Shown here one piece after another: positions 39,799-49,339 of a DNA stretch of 64,000 nucleotides (its first letter is position 1; each line of letters opens with the position of its first letter). This DNA is from a virus: the IMG/VR virus record IMGVR_UViG_3300042317_001497, one strand, 5' to 3'. The notes beneath the pieces were generated by a model that worked only from the letters and a program-made list of their open reading frames with translations, searched no databases and was not told the DNA's origin. Both the position numbers and the translations under genes were made by a program.

Positions 39799-39947
39799 AT
39801 GATTTTTGACGCAAAGACCGTGCTGCAAAAATTTTTCTCATTTGGCATGAAATTATATTCGAAAAATTGCAAAGATTTCTCTTGAAAGCGTCGATAAATA
39901 CTGTATAATTAAAGCACAAAGAGAACGATAACGCAAAGGACAAGAAA

Positions 39948-40163
39948 ATGAACAACAACGAAATCAAGCTGGGAGATGTGGTGGTGTGGAACTTTGTGTT
40001 TGACGTTCCGGAAGAGGATGGTGTTGTTGTAGGGTTGGACGGGGATAAAGTTCAAGTTGAGTATGTTGGATACATAATTGGTGGTGGTTCTAAGGTATGT
40101 CGGGAATGGCTGAACGTTGACGAAATCATGCTGGAATCGGAATACAATTCGCAGGTTTTCTAA
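39948..40163 (+). CDS. Small SH3-like hypothetical protein
   Basis: IKLGDVVVW...GVVVGLDGDKVQVEY; has its own promoter and RBS. Confidence 0.7.
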   Translation: MNNNEIKLGDVVVWNFVFDVPEEDGVVVGLDGDKVQVEYVGYIIGGGSKVCREWLNVDEIMLESEYNSQVF

Positions 40164-40227
40164 GGTATTGACAAACACTTAGCCGATAAACTATAATAGA
40201 ATCAACACAAGAGAAAAAGGAAAAGAA

Positions 40228-40377
40228 ATGACCATTCAAGTACAACACACCATTCGCCGCCTAGTTGCACATCATGGATATTCCGCAACATTTGTTCAGC
40301 ATATGGGCGAAGGCATTAGCCTCTATAGCATTGGTGGAATTATGTATCGTATTCGTGGCGATGGTACGATTCTCTAA
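40228..40377 (+). CDS. Small hypothetical protein (49 aa)
   Basis: Promoter 40168-40197, AAGG RBS, stop just before A2. Confidence 0.6.
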   Translation: MTIQVQHTIRRLVAHHGYSATFVQHMGEGISLYSIGGIMYRIRGDGTIL

Positions 40378-40384
40378 AACTTGA

Positions 40385-40466
40385 CGTAAACTCTTACTGC
40401 TAAACGACTTACGACGAACGCGGCCGCAAAAATTTGCTGTAAGTACTTACCATATATAGACTTAGG
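40385..40466. repeat. Double-palindrome element A2
   Basis: cgtaaactcttactgctaaacgacttacg + 24 bp + tgtaagtacttaccatatatagacttagg. Confidence 0.9.
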
Positions 40467-40608
40467 GCTAATATAATGTTTAAGAGAAAATATTCTTTTG
40501 TTTTGGCATGAAATTATATTTGAAAAATTCCAAAAATTTCGCTTGCAACCTAAAGAATACTCTGTATAATGTCGATATAAGAGAAAAGGGAACGATAAAG
40601 AAAAGGGA

Positions 40609-40836
40609 ATGAAAATGATCACGCTGAACACTGTTGCTGAACTGACCAACTTCCTGAACAACAACGATATGCCCTCTCTGGTTGGAGAGGTTGTTTTCGC
40701 TGGTGATCTTCTCAGCCATGTTCGATCTCTCAACAATGCCATCAGTATCGACGAGGAAATCGGGTTTTGCGATGATGGTGGGGAGATTGTGATTGACGAT
40801 AACGGTAACGTTGTGAGCGATATGTATCTTCCGTAA
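40609..40836 (+). CDS. Small acidic hypothetical protein
   Basis: 75 aa; promoter and purine-rich leader. Confidence 0.7.
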   Translation: MKMITLNTVAELTNFLNNNDMPSLVGEVVFAGDLLSHVRSLNNAISIDEEIGFCDDGGEIVIDDNGNVVSDMYLP

Positions 40837-40894
40837 GGGTATTGACAAGCAAAAATTGATAGGTATAATAGGAAGAAAGAAAGAGAGAAAGAAA

Positions 40895-41044
40895 ATGCAG
40901 TTTGCTCTTGGTGATAAGGTGAAGGTTGACGGTAGGCTTGGACAGATCATTCTCTGGCATTTCGATGAGGGGAATATCTGGCACGTTGAGATTGACGGGG
41001 ATGAGTATGAGTGCTACGATGAGGATATGGAATTGATTTCCTAA
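40895..41044 (+). CDS. Small SH3-like acidic protein
   Basis: MQFALGDKVKVDGRLGQI...; has its own promoter. Confidence 0.65.
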   Translation: MQFALGDKVKVDGRLGQIILWHFDEGNIWHVEIDGDEYECYDEDMELIS

Positions 41045-41195
41045 AGAGGTAATAAGAATGTTTCTCACGTTTGACGATTTTTTGTTGTTGGGTGGTTTGC
41101 TCAGTTTTTGTGCTTTTATCACCTATACTGTGCATGAGGTGGGTAACGCTATCCGTTCTATGCTGGACATGGACAACTAAGCAAAGGAAAAGAAG

Positions 41196-41492
41196 ATGAA
41201 TCACTGTGAAGCTGTTAAGATGGTGAAGGGAAAGGGTAATAAGAATACCCGTAAGGTGGGCAACAATACCTATGCGGAAATTCTTCCTGATGGTAGCGTG
41301 GGCATTATGCTACATAGTACCTATGTTGTTAAAATTCATCCCGACAATAGTGCTACCCTCAATACTGGGGGATGGTATACTAGCACCACGAAGGATCGAA
41401 TCAACAAGTATTCGCCCGTGCGTGTGTATCAAAAAAGGGGTGAATGGTATCTGAACAACGGTACACCATATGAGGATGGTATGGTGGTGTGA
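41196..41492 (+). CDS. Hypothetical protein
   Basis: 98 aa; LHSTYVV...TLNTGGWYTSTTKDRIN pattern. Confidence 0.75.
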   Translation: MNHCEAVKMVKGKGNKNTRKVGNNTYAEILPDGSVGIMLHSTYVVKIHPDNSATLNTGGWYTSTTKDRINKYSPVRVYQKRGEWYLNNGTPYEDGMVV

Positions 41493-41522
41493 ACATCTGT
41501 ACGCTACTATACAAAAAATAGA

Positions 41523-41604
41523 CGTAAAGCCTTGACCCTAAACGACTTAGGGCGAGGCGGGCCGGCCCGGCTCGACGTAAGTACTTATGCCACAAGGGTT
41601 TATG
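41523..41604. repeat. Double-palindrome element A3
   Basis: cgtaaagccttgaccctaaacgacttagg + 24 bp + cgtaagtacttatgccacaagggtttatg. Confidence 0.9.
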
Positions 41605-41734
41605 GCAAGTTTTGACGCAAGTGCTGTGCCACAAAATATTTTCTCATTTGGCATGAAATTATATTTGAAATTTCTCAAGATTTTGCTTGAAAGCGTCGAA
41701 TATATCTGTATAATGAAAGCACAGGAGAAAAACG

Positions 41735-41908
41735 ATGGAAAAGATGATTGACGAAAACGGCGAAGAATGGGTCGTGGGTTATGGAGAGGATGACGTTATG
41801 GATTTCGACGATTATTCGTGGGATCCGATCATGGGTGATGCCGATGAGCACATCGAAACGGACGATGAGTGGCTGGACGATTTTCAGGGTGAAGAAGAAT
41901 TTGCTTGA
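41735..41908 (+). CDS. Very acidic mini-protein (57 aa)
   Basis: MEKMIDENGEEWVVGYGEDDVMDFDDYSWD...; GGAG RBS. Confidence 0.7.
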   Translation: MEKMIDENGEEWVVGYGEDDVMDFDDYSWDPIMGDADEHIETDDEWLDDFQGEEEFA

Positions 41909-42157
41909 AAGGAAAATGGTATGCTAGGGGCTATCCTGTTCGTGCTTTCATACATTGGACTTTTTTACGTTTGCGTGACTTGCAAGGAATAAAAAGGTAT
42001 AAGAATGAAAAACTGGATCTGCTACAATTTGTTTGGTGAGCATCCCGATGATGTGGACGCTTTCGGAATGATTAGTGGCTTGGGTATTCAAGCGTTTCTA
42101 ATCGGTTGGGCCGTCTATCTTTTTGTTTACGTTCCCTTCTTTTACTTTGGATGAAAA

Positions 42158-42334
42158 ATGAATATCTCTCAACTAAGCAAATGTACAGTACAAACCGCTT
42201 TAAGGATTGAGCAAATTCGTTTGCAATATGCTTTGAGCGAATCGGATAAAGAAAATATTAAAAATAGTATTAAGGAATTGTGTGCTGAACTACTGTATAG
42301 GTGGAAAAACGAGTTGCAAAACCTTAGCCCATAA
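42158..42334 (+). CDS. Small hypothetical protein (58 aa); stop lies inside A4
   Basis: MNISQLSKCTVQTALRIEQ...NELQNLSP. Confidence 0.5.
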   Translation: MNISQLSKCTVQTALRIEQIRLQYALSESDKENIKNSIKELCAELLYRWKNELQNLSP

Positions 42335-42396
42335 GGAGTTACGACAAATTTTCGCCGCAAAATTTTCCCTAAGTACTTATGTACCAATAACTTACG
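42315..42396. repeat. Double-palindrome element A4
   Basis: tgcaaaaccttagcccataaggagttacg + 24 bp + cctaagtacttatgtaccaataacttacg. Confidence 0.85.
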
Positions 42397-42559
42397 ATAA
42401 GTTTTGACGCATATCGTATGCCAAAGCAAAATATTCTTTTTTGGCACGATATTCGCTGTGAGAAACCTTACGACATTGTAAGGAAACTACCAAAGATTTC
42501 GCTTGAAACCCAAAGAAAACTCTGTATAATGTCGGTATAAGAAGAAAGAGAGAAAGAAA

Positions 42560-42889
42560 ATGAAAACCAAGTTCCCTATCGTCGAAAACGCCAAGCGTCA
42601 AGCCAGACTGTGCTTCCTCGGGATTGCGATTCCTCACCAACCGTCCCTTGCGGATGGGGTGTATGGCCCGATCCGTAGTGAGAAGGTGCTGAAGTTCAAT
42701 CGCAAAGCCCTAAAGAATCTGGGCAAGATTCGCAAGGAAAAGGCTGATCCCCGCCTTGTTGGGGGTGAGGATCGCATGATTGTAAAGGTTGGCAAGCCGG
42801 GTTCGGCCGAAAGGGTTGCTGCTCTGGAGTCGCAATATGCCGCGATTCTTGCTTGTGGAGAGGAAGTATCCCCCTTTTCGGAGGGGTGA
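42560..42889 (+). CDS. Hypothetical protein
   Basis: 109 aa; promoter and purine-rich leader. Confidence 0.75.
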   Translation: MKTKFPIVENAKRQARLCFLGIAIPHQPSLADGVYGPIRSEKVLKFNRKALKNLGKIRKEKADPRLVGGEDRMIVKVGKPGSAERVAALESQYAAILACGEEVSPFSEG

Positions 42890-42917
42890 TCTTCTGTACA
42901 CTGTACAAAAAACTCGA

Positions 42918-42999
42918 CGTAAAGCCTTGCAGCATAAGGACTTACGGCGAATTTTTGCGGCCGAGCTTGACGTAAGTACTTATATACCAACGACTTACG
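42918..42999. repeat. Double-palindrome element A5
   Basis: cgtaaagccttgcagcataaggacttacg + 24 bp + cgtaagtacttatataccaacgacttacg. Confidence 0.9.
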
Positions 43000-43173
43000 T
43001 TCAATGCTTATATATTAGGCGTTTCTGCCTATATTCTGATCACTAGCAAATCCTGTGCCAAACTTGCTTCTCCAACCTTACAGCATTGTAAGGAAACTTT
43101 TTCTGATCTAGGCTATTGACATTGGACGATAATACTGGTATAATGATAGCACAAGAAAGAAAGAGAGAGAAAG

Positions 43174-43380
43174 ATGAATAGCAATATGATTGCAAAAGAG
43201 TTGAAGAAGTTGGGCTATACGCTGAAGAAGACTTCGGACATCGAAGCCCGTTGGATGGTCAGTTCTGACGTTCTCACCTACCATTGGGATTTCAAGGATT
43301 TGAAGGGTGTTCAGCGGTTCATGACCGATGAGCGAGCGTTGTATCGATATGCCAAAGCGAACGGTGCGACCACCCGATAG
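43174..43380 (+). CDS. Hypothetical protein
   Basis: 68 aa; promoter and leader. Confidence 0.7.
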   Translation: MNSNMIAKELKKLGYTLKKTSDIEARWMVSSDVLTYHWDFKDLKGVQRFMTDERALYRYAKANGATTR

Positions 43381-43440
43381 TGGGGGTTGACGATCAGAAA
43401 AAACTTCGCTAGAATACCAACACAAGAAAGAGAGAACAGA

Positions 43441-43653
43441 ATGATTCAGATTGGTGATAGGGTTCAGGTTGGTTCAAGGATTGGTGTTGATCTGGCGTGG
43501 GCTGTGGTGGTGAACATCCTGCCAGCAATCGGGGACAGGGTAGCTATGTATTGTGTTCGGTTCGATGCCACTACCTCGAAACTGAATGAGTGCTGGGTGG
43601 ATGAGGGTATTGTGTATGGTCCGTTTCTTGATCAAAACTTTGGATGGAATTGA
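43441..43653 (+). CDS. Small SH3-like protein
   Basis: MIQIGDRVQV...VVVNIL...YCVRFD; start reassigned to ATG 43441. Confidence 0.65.
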   Translation: MIQIGDRVQVGSRIGVDLAWAVVVNILPAIGDRVAMYCVRFDATTSKLNECWVDEGIVYGPFLDQNFGWN

Positions 43654-43665
43654 AAGGCTATACAA

Positions 43666-43851
43666 ATGTTCTCACCGATGGAAAAAATTTGGATGAGCCT
43701 TGGCTTGCAAGGTGCTTTGGAAATGATGGACGCATCATGTTCTCTGGCCGAAAGGCTCACGGAAGAATGCGTGACTAATCCGGCAGTGAAAGATGCTCTA
43801 ATTCGAAGCATTGCTGCTGAAATTATAGGCAGTCGCCAAAGTATCTCCTAA
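43666..43851 (+). CDS. Hypothetical protein; TAA stop is part of A6
   Basis: 61 aa. Confidence 0.65.
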   Translation: MFSPMEKIWMSLGLQGALEMMDASCSLAERLTEECVTNPAVKDALIRSIAAEIIGSRQSIS

Positions 43852-43928
43852 GTGCTTGCTATATAAAGACTTACGACAAACGGGGCGCGCCGGGCTTGAT
43901 GTAAGTACTTACCCCATAAGACTTTACG
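43847..43928. repeat. Double-palindrome element A6
   Basis: cctaagtgcttgctatataaagacttacg + 24 bp + tgtaagtacttaccccataagactttacg. Confidence 0.9.
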
Positions 43929-44084
43929 ACAACTTAGCAAATGGTGTGCCAAACCTCCACGAAATTACGAAAAGTTTTGTCAAAATCTTTTGACAATAAA
44001 ATTTCTGGATTTCTCTTGAAAGCTCAAGATGAGCATGGTATAATGTCGATATAAGAAGAAAGAAGAAAAGAAAGAGAGAAAAAA

Positions 44085-44246
44085 ATGGAATATCTGGATT
44101 ACGATCTGATGTCCGATTGCTGCGGTTCTGGTGTGGGCTTTCAAACCGGTGAGGGTGAGGACCGAATCGGAATTTGTATGGAGTGTCAAGACTGGTGTGG
44201 TGTGGTGGAAGATATTCCGGAAGATGAGGCCGCTAGTCTCAGCTAA
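44085..44246 (+). CDS. Acidic Cys-containing mini-protein (53 aa); stop lies inside repeat B1
   Basis: MEYLDYDLMSDCCGSG...ICMECQDWC... Confidence 0.7.
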   Translation: MEYLDYDLMSDCCGSGVGFQTGEGEDRIGICMECQDWCGVVEDIPEDEAASLS

Positions 44247-44653
44247 TCCTGCGGATTTGGGCAAGCTGGGTATAGTCAGCAAGCTAGGGGAACCTTTCAA
44301 TATTGCAAGAAAATTTTCTAGTTGACAACTAAAGATTAGACTGTAGAATGTCGATATAAGAAGAAAGAGGAAAAAAGAAATGAAAACTTCACATCAAAAA
44401 GCTGTTGAAAGAATGGATCGGGAAACTAACCGTGCTATTAAACAGGTTAAGTTGTTGGAAAAACTCTATCTGGAAATGATGCAGAAGAAAGAGAAGGTTG
44501 GTAAATGACCACTATTATTATCATAAACGCTTGGATTTTTACCATCCTTGCTATGTATGCTTTTGCTAACGTGGCTTTCTGGTTGTTTGCTCAGGCTTTT
44601 GGTGTTGTTGATAATTATCTGCAAAATCAGTATTGGAAGAATAAGGAATAAAA

Positions 44654-44884
44654 ATGATTACTGTTGAACAAATTAGAGAATTGACCGATACTTACCTTGA
44701 GGGTTGTGAGGTTACTATTACCCGTTCGGGTTGTGGTTGGTCTACCCCTTGTGGTTGGCAAGTTTCTATTATTAGTGATATTCCCGGCGATCAGCATACA
44801 ATTTATTTGCGTGATGATAATACTGTGGATTCTGCTTGGTCTAAGATTACTACTCTTGCGGATAATGCTTTGAACCCCGCATAA
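44654..44884 (+). CDS. Hypothetical protein
   Basis: 76 aa with AAGGA RBS. Confidence 0.65.
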   Translation: MITVEQIRELTDTYLEGCEVTITRSGCGWSTPCGWQVSIISDIPGDQHTIYLRDDNTVDSAWSKITTLADNALNPA

Positions 44885-45090
44885 TTAAAGAAAGGCGACA
44901 CGGATGGTCGATATTAACTGGGTGCAAATAGGTGTGGGATTTATTGCTGGCGTGTTGTGTTCTTGGTTTGTTTCTGATTTGGTTTTTTATGTAAGGAATA
45001 GTGAGGATAGCCATGATTAATTCGGATTCTATTATTCTGACCATTTCTTTTGTGGCTGGTTGCTTGGTTGCTTGGATTGTAAATTCTTAA

Positions 45091-45172
45091 CGCAAACCCT
45101 TGCCCTATAAAGACTTAGGGCAAACCGGGGCGGCCCCGCGAATCGTAACTCCTTTGATAGCATAGACTTACG
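45091..45172. repeat. Double-palindrome element A7
   Basis: cgcaaacccttgccctataaagacttagg + 24 bp + cgtaactcctttgatagcatagacttacg. Confidence 0.9.
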
Positions 45173-45320
45173 ACAAGCATTGACGCAAAAGCTGTGCCAC
45201 AAAAATATTTCCCGTTTGGCACAGAATTATATTTGAAAAATTCCAAAGATTTCGCTTGCATTGGCCGATAAACACTGTAGAATGACAGCATCACAAGGGA
45301 AACCACTAAGGGAAATACCA

Positions 45321-45494
45321 ATGCTTCACGATTTTGATGAAATCAATCTGATTCTGGCCGGTATGGTGGACGAGGGAATTGTTGAGCCGATTGACGATCC
45401 TAGCGTGGAAGTTGATTTTTGGGATTGGGCCGACATTGTTGGGGTTGTGGACGAGTGTGTACCGGAAGAGTATTCGGACAACCTTTCAATCTAG
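45321..45494 (+). CDS. Acidic mini-protein
   Basis: MLHDFDEINLILAGMVDEGIVEPIDDPSVEVDFWDW...; start reassigned. Confidence 0.7.
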   Translation: MLHDFDEINLILAGMVDEGIVEPIDDPSVEVDFWDWADIVGVVDECVPEEYSDNLSI

Positions 45495-45566
45495 AAAGAT
45501 TCAAGAAAAGGTATTTGACAAGCCGATAATAGTAGTGTAGGATAGAGTGAAAGAAAGAGAAGGTGA

Positions 45567-45728
45567 ATGATGAGTCGATATGATAACTGGAATGATGATG
45601 ACGATTCGGATGACGGCTATGATGCTGCTCGTGACGCTTACCTGACCGGCGAAGGTCCGGCTGTTACTCGTAGCCAAAGGCAAGAGGAAGAGGATTTGCG
45701 AGAAGAGTATCGCCGGAATCGGTGGTAG
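45567..45728 (+). CDS. Acidic mini-protein (53 aa)
   Basis: MMSRYDNWNDDDDSDDGYDAARD...; has its own promoter. Confidence 0.65.
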   Translation: MMSRYDNWNDDDDSDDGYDAARDAYLTGEGPAVTRSQRQEEEDLREEYRRNRW

Positions 45729-45785
45729 TCTCTTGACAAGCTAAGTTTTTTTGATAGACTGTGACCATAAGAAAGGAAAAGAAAC

Positions 45786-46043
45786 ATGAGCCATCCTGAT
45801 CCCCTTTACGATTTTGATAATTCTTATGATGATGATGCTGTTTTCTATGGAGAAGATAGTTCAAGCTATCATCCCGATGCGGAACATGAGGTTGAAAGTA
45901 ATTTTGATGATGAAGAAGATTTGGAGGACGAGGAGTATGATTCTTACAATGATAGCATGGATGGGGATTTTGATTCAGCCATGCGTGATGCGGGATTCGG
46001 AACGGATGAAGATTACGGTTACTACGGTGGAGAAGACTACTAA
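45786..46043 (+). CDS. Extremely acidic, Tyr-rich mini-protein
   Basis: About 32 of 85 residues are D/E, with one R and no K. Confidence 0.75.
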   Translation: MSHPDPLYDFDNSYDDDAVFYGEDSSSYHPDAEHEVESNFDDEEDLEDEEYDSYNDSMDGDFDSAMRDAGFGTDEDYGYYGGEDY

Positions 46044-46891
46044 TGAAATGCCGATTCTTTGATATTGTTGTGGAAAATGAAAATGGTGAACAGCCGATTT
46101 CGAGCGAGTATGTTCTAGACTTGCCGGAACATAACATGACAGATGCTGTTGACCGACAAGAGTTTCTTGGTATCATGTTTGATACTGTTGTGGCCGCTAG
46201 TGGCTTGAATGTTTGTTCTTTTAGTTCAGAGGAGATTGGAATATGAAATGTGTTGTAACTCATACCGATACTTTCGGTGGTGAAGCTAATTATGGTTGGG
46301 TGAAGCGTTGGGAGTTTGTTCCCAAGAATGACTCTCAGCGTAGCGTAACATATCATGCTAAGAAACTGGCTGGCATGACGGGCGTTAAGAGTGATACTTA
46401 TGATTTTGGCGATGGCTTTACAATTAAGCCTAGGGGTTATGCTCAAGTTATATTTGTAGACTTTGAATAATAACAGAAAGGATATTGATATGTATTATCG
46501 TAAGATTGCTACTGGTATGATTGAGTCTACATATGAAAATTATAAGGATTGGAAAAAGAATCACGAACTTTTCCATGAACTTAATAAATATAATACTTTT
46601 ATTCCGGTATGGAGAGATCTGAGCGATAATACTAAGTGTGCTGCGATTGAATATGTATATAATAATCGTGATACTCTAGAGTTACATTCTGGGATTGTTG
46701 AATCTTGGGTTCAGGCAACAGCATACTTTATGTTATTTGATTTTACTGCTATGTTGTTGCATAATGACGAAGAGCCAGAATTGGAAATCTTTTTTGATGA
46801 TCTAGATTTTATGATGGATGAGGAAACTCTAGAAGATAGTGATGTGCAGGAGATTTTGGGTATTAGCCCAGATTTTACGGGCAAATTCTGA
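46043..46891 (+). CDS. Three coupled hypothetical ORFs (46043-46246, 46243-46470, 46463-46891)
   Basis: Overlapping stop/start junctions. Confidence 0.65.
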
Positions 46892-46899
46892 GAATCCGC

Positions 46900-46981
46900 T
46901 CTAAACCCTTGGTACATAAGTACTTAGGGCGAGCGGGGCCGCAAAAATTTGACGTAACTCTTTATGTATCAACACTTTACA
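46900..46981. repeat. Double-palindrome element A8
   Basis: tctaaacccttggtacataagtacttagg + 24 bp + cgtaactctttatgtatcaacactttaca. Confidence 0.9.
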
Positions 46982-47064
46982 TCTAAAAAAAATTTTCTCA
47001 AGATTCCCTCTTGCATTGGTCGATAATAGATGGTAGAATGACAATACGAAAGAAGGGGTGAAAC

Positions 47065-47328
47065 ATGAGTCCTGACGGAACCTATAACGGCTATGCGAAC
47101 TACCAAACGTGGAACGTATGCCTTTGGATTAGCAATGATGAAGGTCTGAACGAATTTGCGACCGTGTGTCAAAATTATAAAGATTTCATGGCTAGGCTTA
47201 GAGAAATGGATATAGACTCGCCTATTGCTTATGAAACGCCCGATGGTGTGTCGTGGAATGATAGTGCGGTCAACCTTGCGGAAATGCAAGAGTATTGGAA
47301 AGAAAATTTTGTTCAAGTTGGGGCTTGA
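47065..47328 (+). CDS. Hypothetical protein (TYNGYANYQTWNVCLWISNDEG type)
   Basis: 87 aa; promoter and GGGGTG RBS. Confidence 0.75.
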   Translation: MSPDGTYNGYANYQTWNVCLWISNDEGLNEFATVCQNYKDFMARLREMDIDSPIAYETPDGVSWNDSAVNLAEMQEYWKENFVQVGA

Positions 47329-47393
47329 CAAATGTCGATAATAGTTGTAGAATGCTGAGAGTTGAACGGTTGTTTTCTAACGAAAGGGTTGAT

Positions 47394-47795
47394 ATGGATA
47401 ATTTGTTTGTGATCGGCGGTCTTCTTACTGCTGCTGTTGTTGCTGGTTTTCTGTTCTATGCTGTCTATGGCGGTTCTAGAACTAGCCTTGCTAGTGCTGT
47501 TGAGGGTCAGGTTTTCAACTTTACCTACGAGCAGCCACTGCATGGAACTCATGAGCGATTCCTTGCTAAAGTGATCGGTAAGCAGACGCTTACTGCTGAT
47601 CAAATTCGCAAGCTGAATAGCAAGAGTCGGTATCGTGCTAATGATCCCAATTTCATTCGCACGAACCATCTGGTAACTTGTCGCACGTTCGACGGCAAGG
47701 TGCGTAACTTCTATGCAGAGCGTGTGACTAATTGTCGCAAGCCTCTGCTGGCTGGTACGCTGTTTACCAGCAAGGTTGCTAGCCTGCTGTTCTAG
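47394..47795 (+). CDS. Membrane-anchored hypothetical protein with possible WYL-like C-terminus
   Basis: N-terminal hydrophobic helix; DGKVRNFYAERV. Confidence 0.6.
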   Translation: MDNLFVIGGLLTAAVVAGFLFYAVYGGSRTSLASAVEGQVFNFTYEQPLHGTHERFLAKVIGKQTLTADQIRKLNSKSRYRANDPNFIRTNHLVTCRTFDGKVRNFYAERVTNCRKPLLAGTLFTSKVASLLF

Positions 47796-47825
47796 TAGCA
47801 GCTTCTGCCCAAAGAATGCCCAACT

Positions 47826-47907
47826 CCTAACCCTTTGACACCAAAGGACTTAGGACGCGGGCGGGCGGCCCGTTTCGTCGTAAGTCTTTATATATCAACA
47901 CTTTACG
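47826..47907. repeat. Double-palindrome element A9
   Basis: cctaaccctttgacaccaaaggacttagg + 24 bp + cgtaagtctttatatatcaacactttacg. Confidence 0.9.
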
Positions 47908-47988
47908 ACAATCTTTTTCGCTCAAGCTTTTCCTCTTGACAGGCCGATAATAGTAGTGTAGAATACAGGGAATCAAAAGGAGAAAAAG

Positions 47989-48401
47989 ATGCTGTTTACG
48001 CCATATGCTTTGACGGATAAGGTAACTCGCAAGGTTAGTGATGAGGGTATGATTGAGTTTAGTGGGCTGTCGGTTGGGGGTCGTCATTTTTCCATAGTCA
48101 CTCGACTTGACGATGCTAACCGCTGGGTCAACGGAGAGTTGATTCAAAATGCTTTCCCGTATCTTGGTGCGGATGATCGTGAGATTCTCAAAACGGGAAT
48201 TGATGCTCAGGGTTGGGAAGAAATGTTCCCAGAATCGGAGGAGGAGGAAGTATGAATACCGATACTTATATGGTTATGAGAGGATATAAACTTTTGGGTT
48301 ATGTTGAGGCCCAGAGTACCTATCATGCTATTAGATTAGCGGAAAAGTACTATGGGGATAATATCATCGTGGAAAGAATCACGCATAACTGTCCCGCCTA
48401 A
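47989..48401 (+). CDS. Two hypothetical ORFs (47989-48255, 48252-48401)
   Basis: LIQNAFPYLGADDREILKTGI motif in the first; the second stops inside repeat B2. Confidence 0.7.
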
Positions 48402-48496
48402 CCCTGCCGGGTTGGTTGAGTGGGTATAGTCAGCCAGTAGTCGGGGCTTGACAAAAGGTTTTTAATAGAGTATATTGAGCAGAAAGGGAGAGAATT

Positions 48497-48700
48497 ATGT
48501 TGACAACTGAAGAACGAGATGCTGTTTCTGATTGTGTGAGAAATTTTGCCATTTGTCTGATAAATGCTACCACTGTTGATGAGCAAGCTGTGCATACTGA
48601 AATGGATACTTTCTTTGAGTTCTTTTGTAAGGCTCTTGAGATTGCCAGAACTGATGGTATCGTTAGAGTTCGTGAGTCTATTGGGGCTAGTAATAACTAA
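48497..48700 (+). CDS. Hypothetical protein
   Basis: 67 aa; has its own promoter. Confidence 0.65.
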   Translation: MLTTEERDAVSDCVRNFAICLINATTVDEQAVHTEMDTFFEFFCKALEIARTDGIVRVRESIGASNN

Positions 48701-48709
48701 GGGGATACC

Positions 48710-48889
48710 ATGAGAGTTTGTCCATGTGGGTCTGGCAAGAAAAGTTGGTGGGAAAGTGATGCTAGGGGAATTCCACTGGGTAGGGTTTGTTTGGAGTGTT
48801 TAGATAAAAAGTTGAGTAAGTATCGACCGGAAGTGTTGACCAACTCCAACTACTACGCCGACGAGCCTATTGAGGCCGAGGACTATTAG
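48710..48889 (+). CDS. SEC-C-like zinc-binding mini-protein (59 aa)
   Basis: MRVCPCGSGKK...RVCLEC; stop 1 bp before A10. Confidence 0.7.
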   Translation: MRVCPCGSGKKSWWESDARGIPLGRVCLECLDKKLSKYRPEVLTNSNYYADEPIEAEDY

Positions 48890-48890
48890 T

Positions 48891-48972
48891 CGTAAGTCCT
48901 TATCCTTAAAGCACTTAGGGATAGGGCGAGCGGCCGAAATCGACGTAAGTCCTTACCTCTAAACGATTTGCG
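48891..48972. repeat. Double-palindrome element A10
   Basis: cgtaagtccttatccttaaagcacttagg + 24 bp + cgtaagtccttacctctaaacgatttgcg. Confidence 0.9.
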
Positions 48973-49339
48973 TCTAAAAAGATTTTTTCAAGAAATACTC
49001 TTGACAAGACGATAATAGATGGTAGAATGATTGAAGAACAAGTGAAAACTTGTTGGTTGTGTCGGGCCGAGCAGCCGGTAAAAACGGTAGTTGATGTCCT
49101 AGGAAACGTCTTCTACAATCGGTCCTAACAATACAAATCAGTCAGAAGTATAATCGTAAAGTAAGAGAGGCCCGTGTTGACACGGATAACCTAGCGTAGT
49201 ATACTCTGACTGACAAACATCCGTGGGTCCATGCTCAAGGGACTAGATAGGGATAAGCCATTACGATAAACCTACCGGCACATTGAAATAGAAATACCGG
49301 TGGGGTTGACAGCGGGCTTATACGCTGTATAGTAGTGCC

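Larger units (their letters stand above)
41616..45199 (-). promoter_or_regulatory. Sigma54-type -24/-12 motifs on the minus strand (41616-41631, 42408-42423, 43045-43060, 43936-43951, 45184-45199; degenerate copy 39810-39825)
   Basis: TGGCACAGCACTTGC, TGGCATACGATATGC, TGGCACAGGATTTGC, TGGCACACCATTTGC and TGGCACAGCTTTTGC match TGGCAC-N5-TTGC. Confidence 0.7.

Noticed and set aside
40374-47331. Minus-strand ORFs in the early region and ORFs translating the repeat elements (e.g. RKSLCCKYLR / LQHKDLRR peptides)
   Set aside because: They are shadows of plus-strand genes or read-through of the palindromic DNA, with no RBS.
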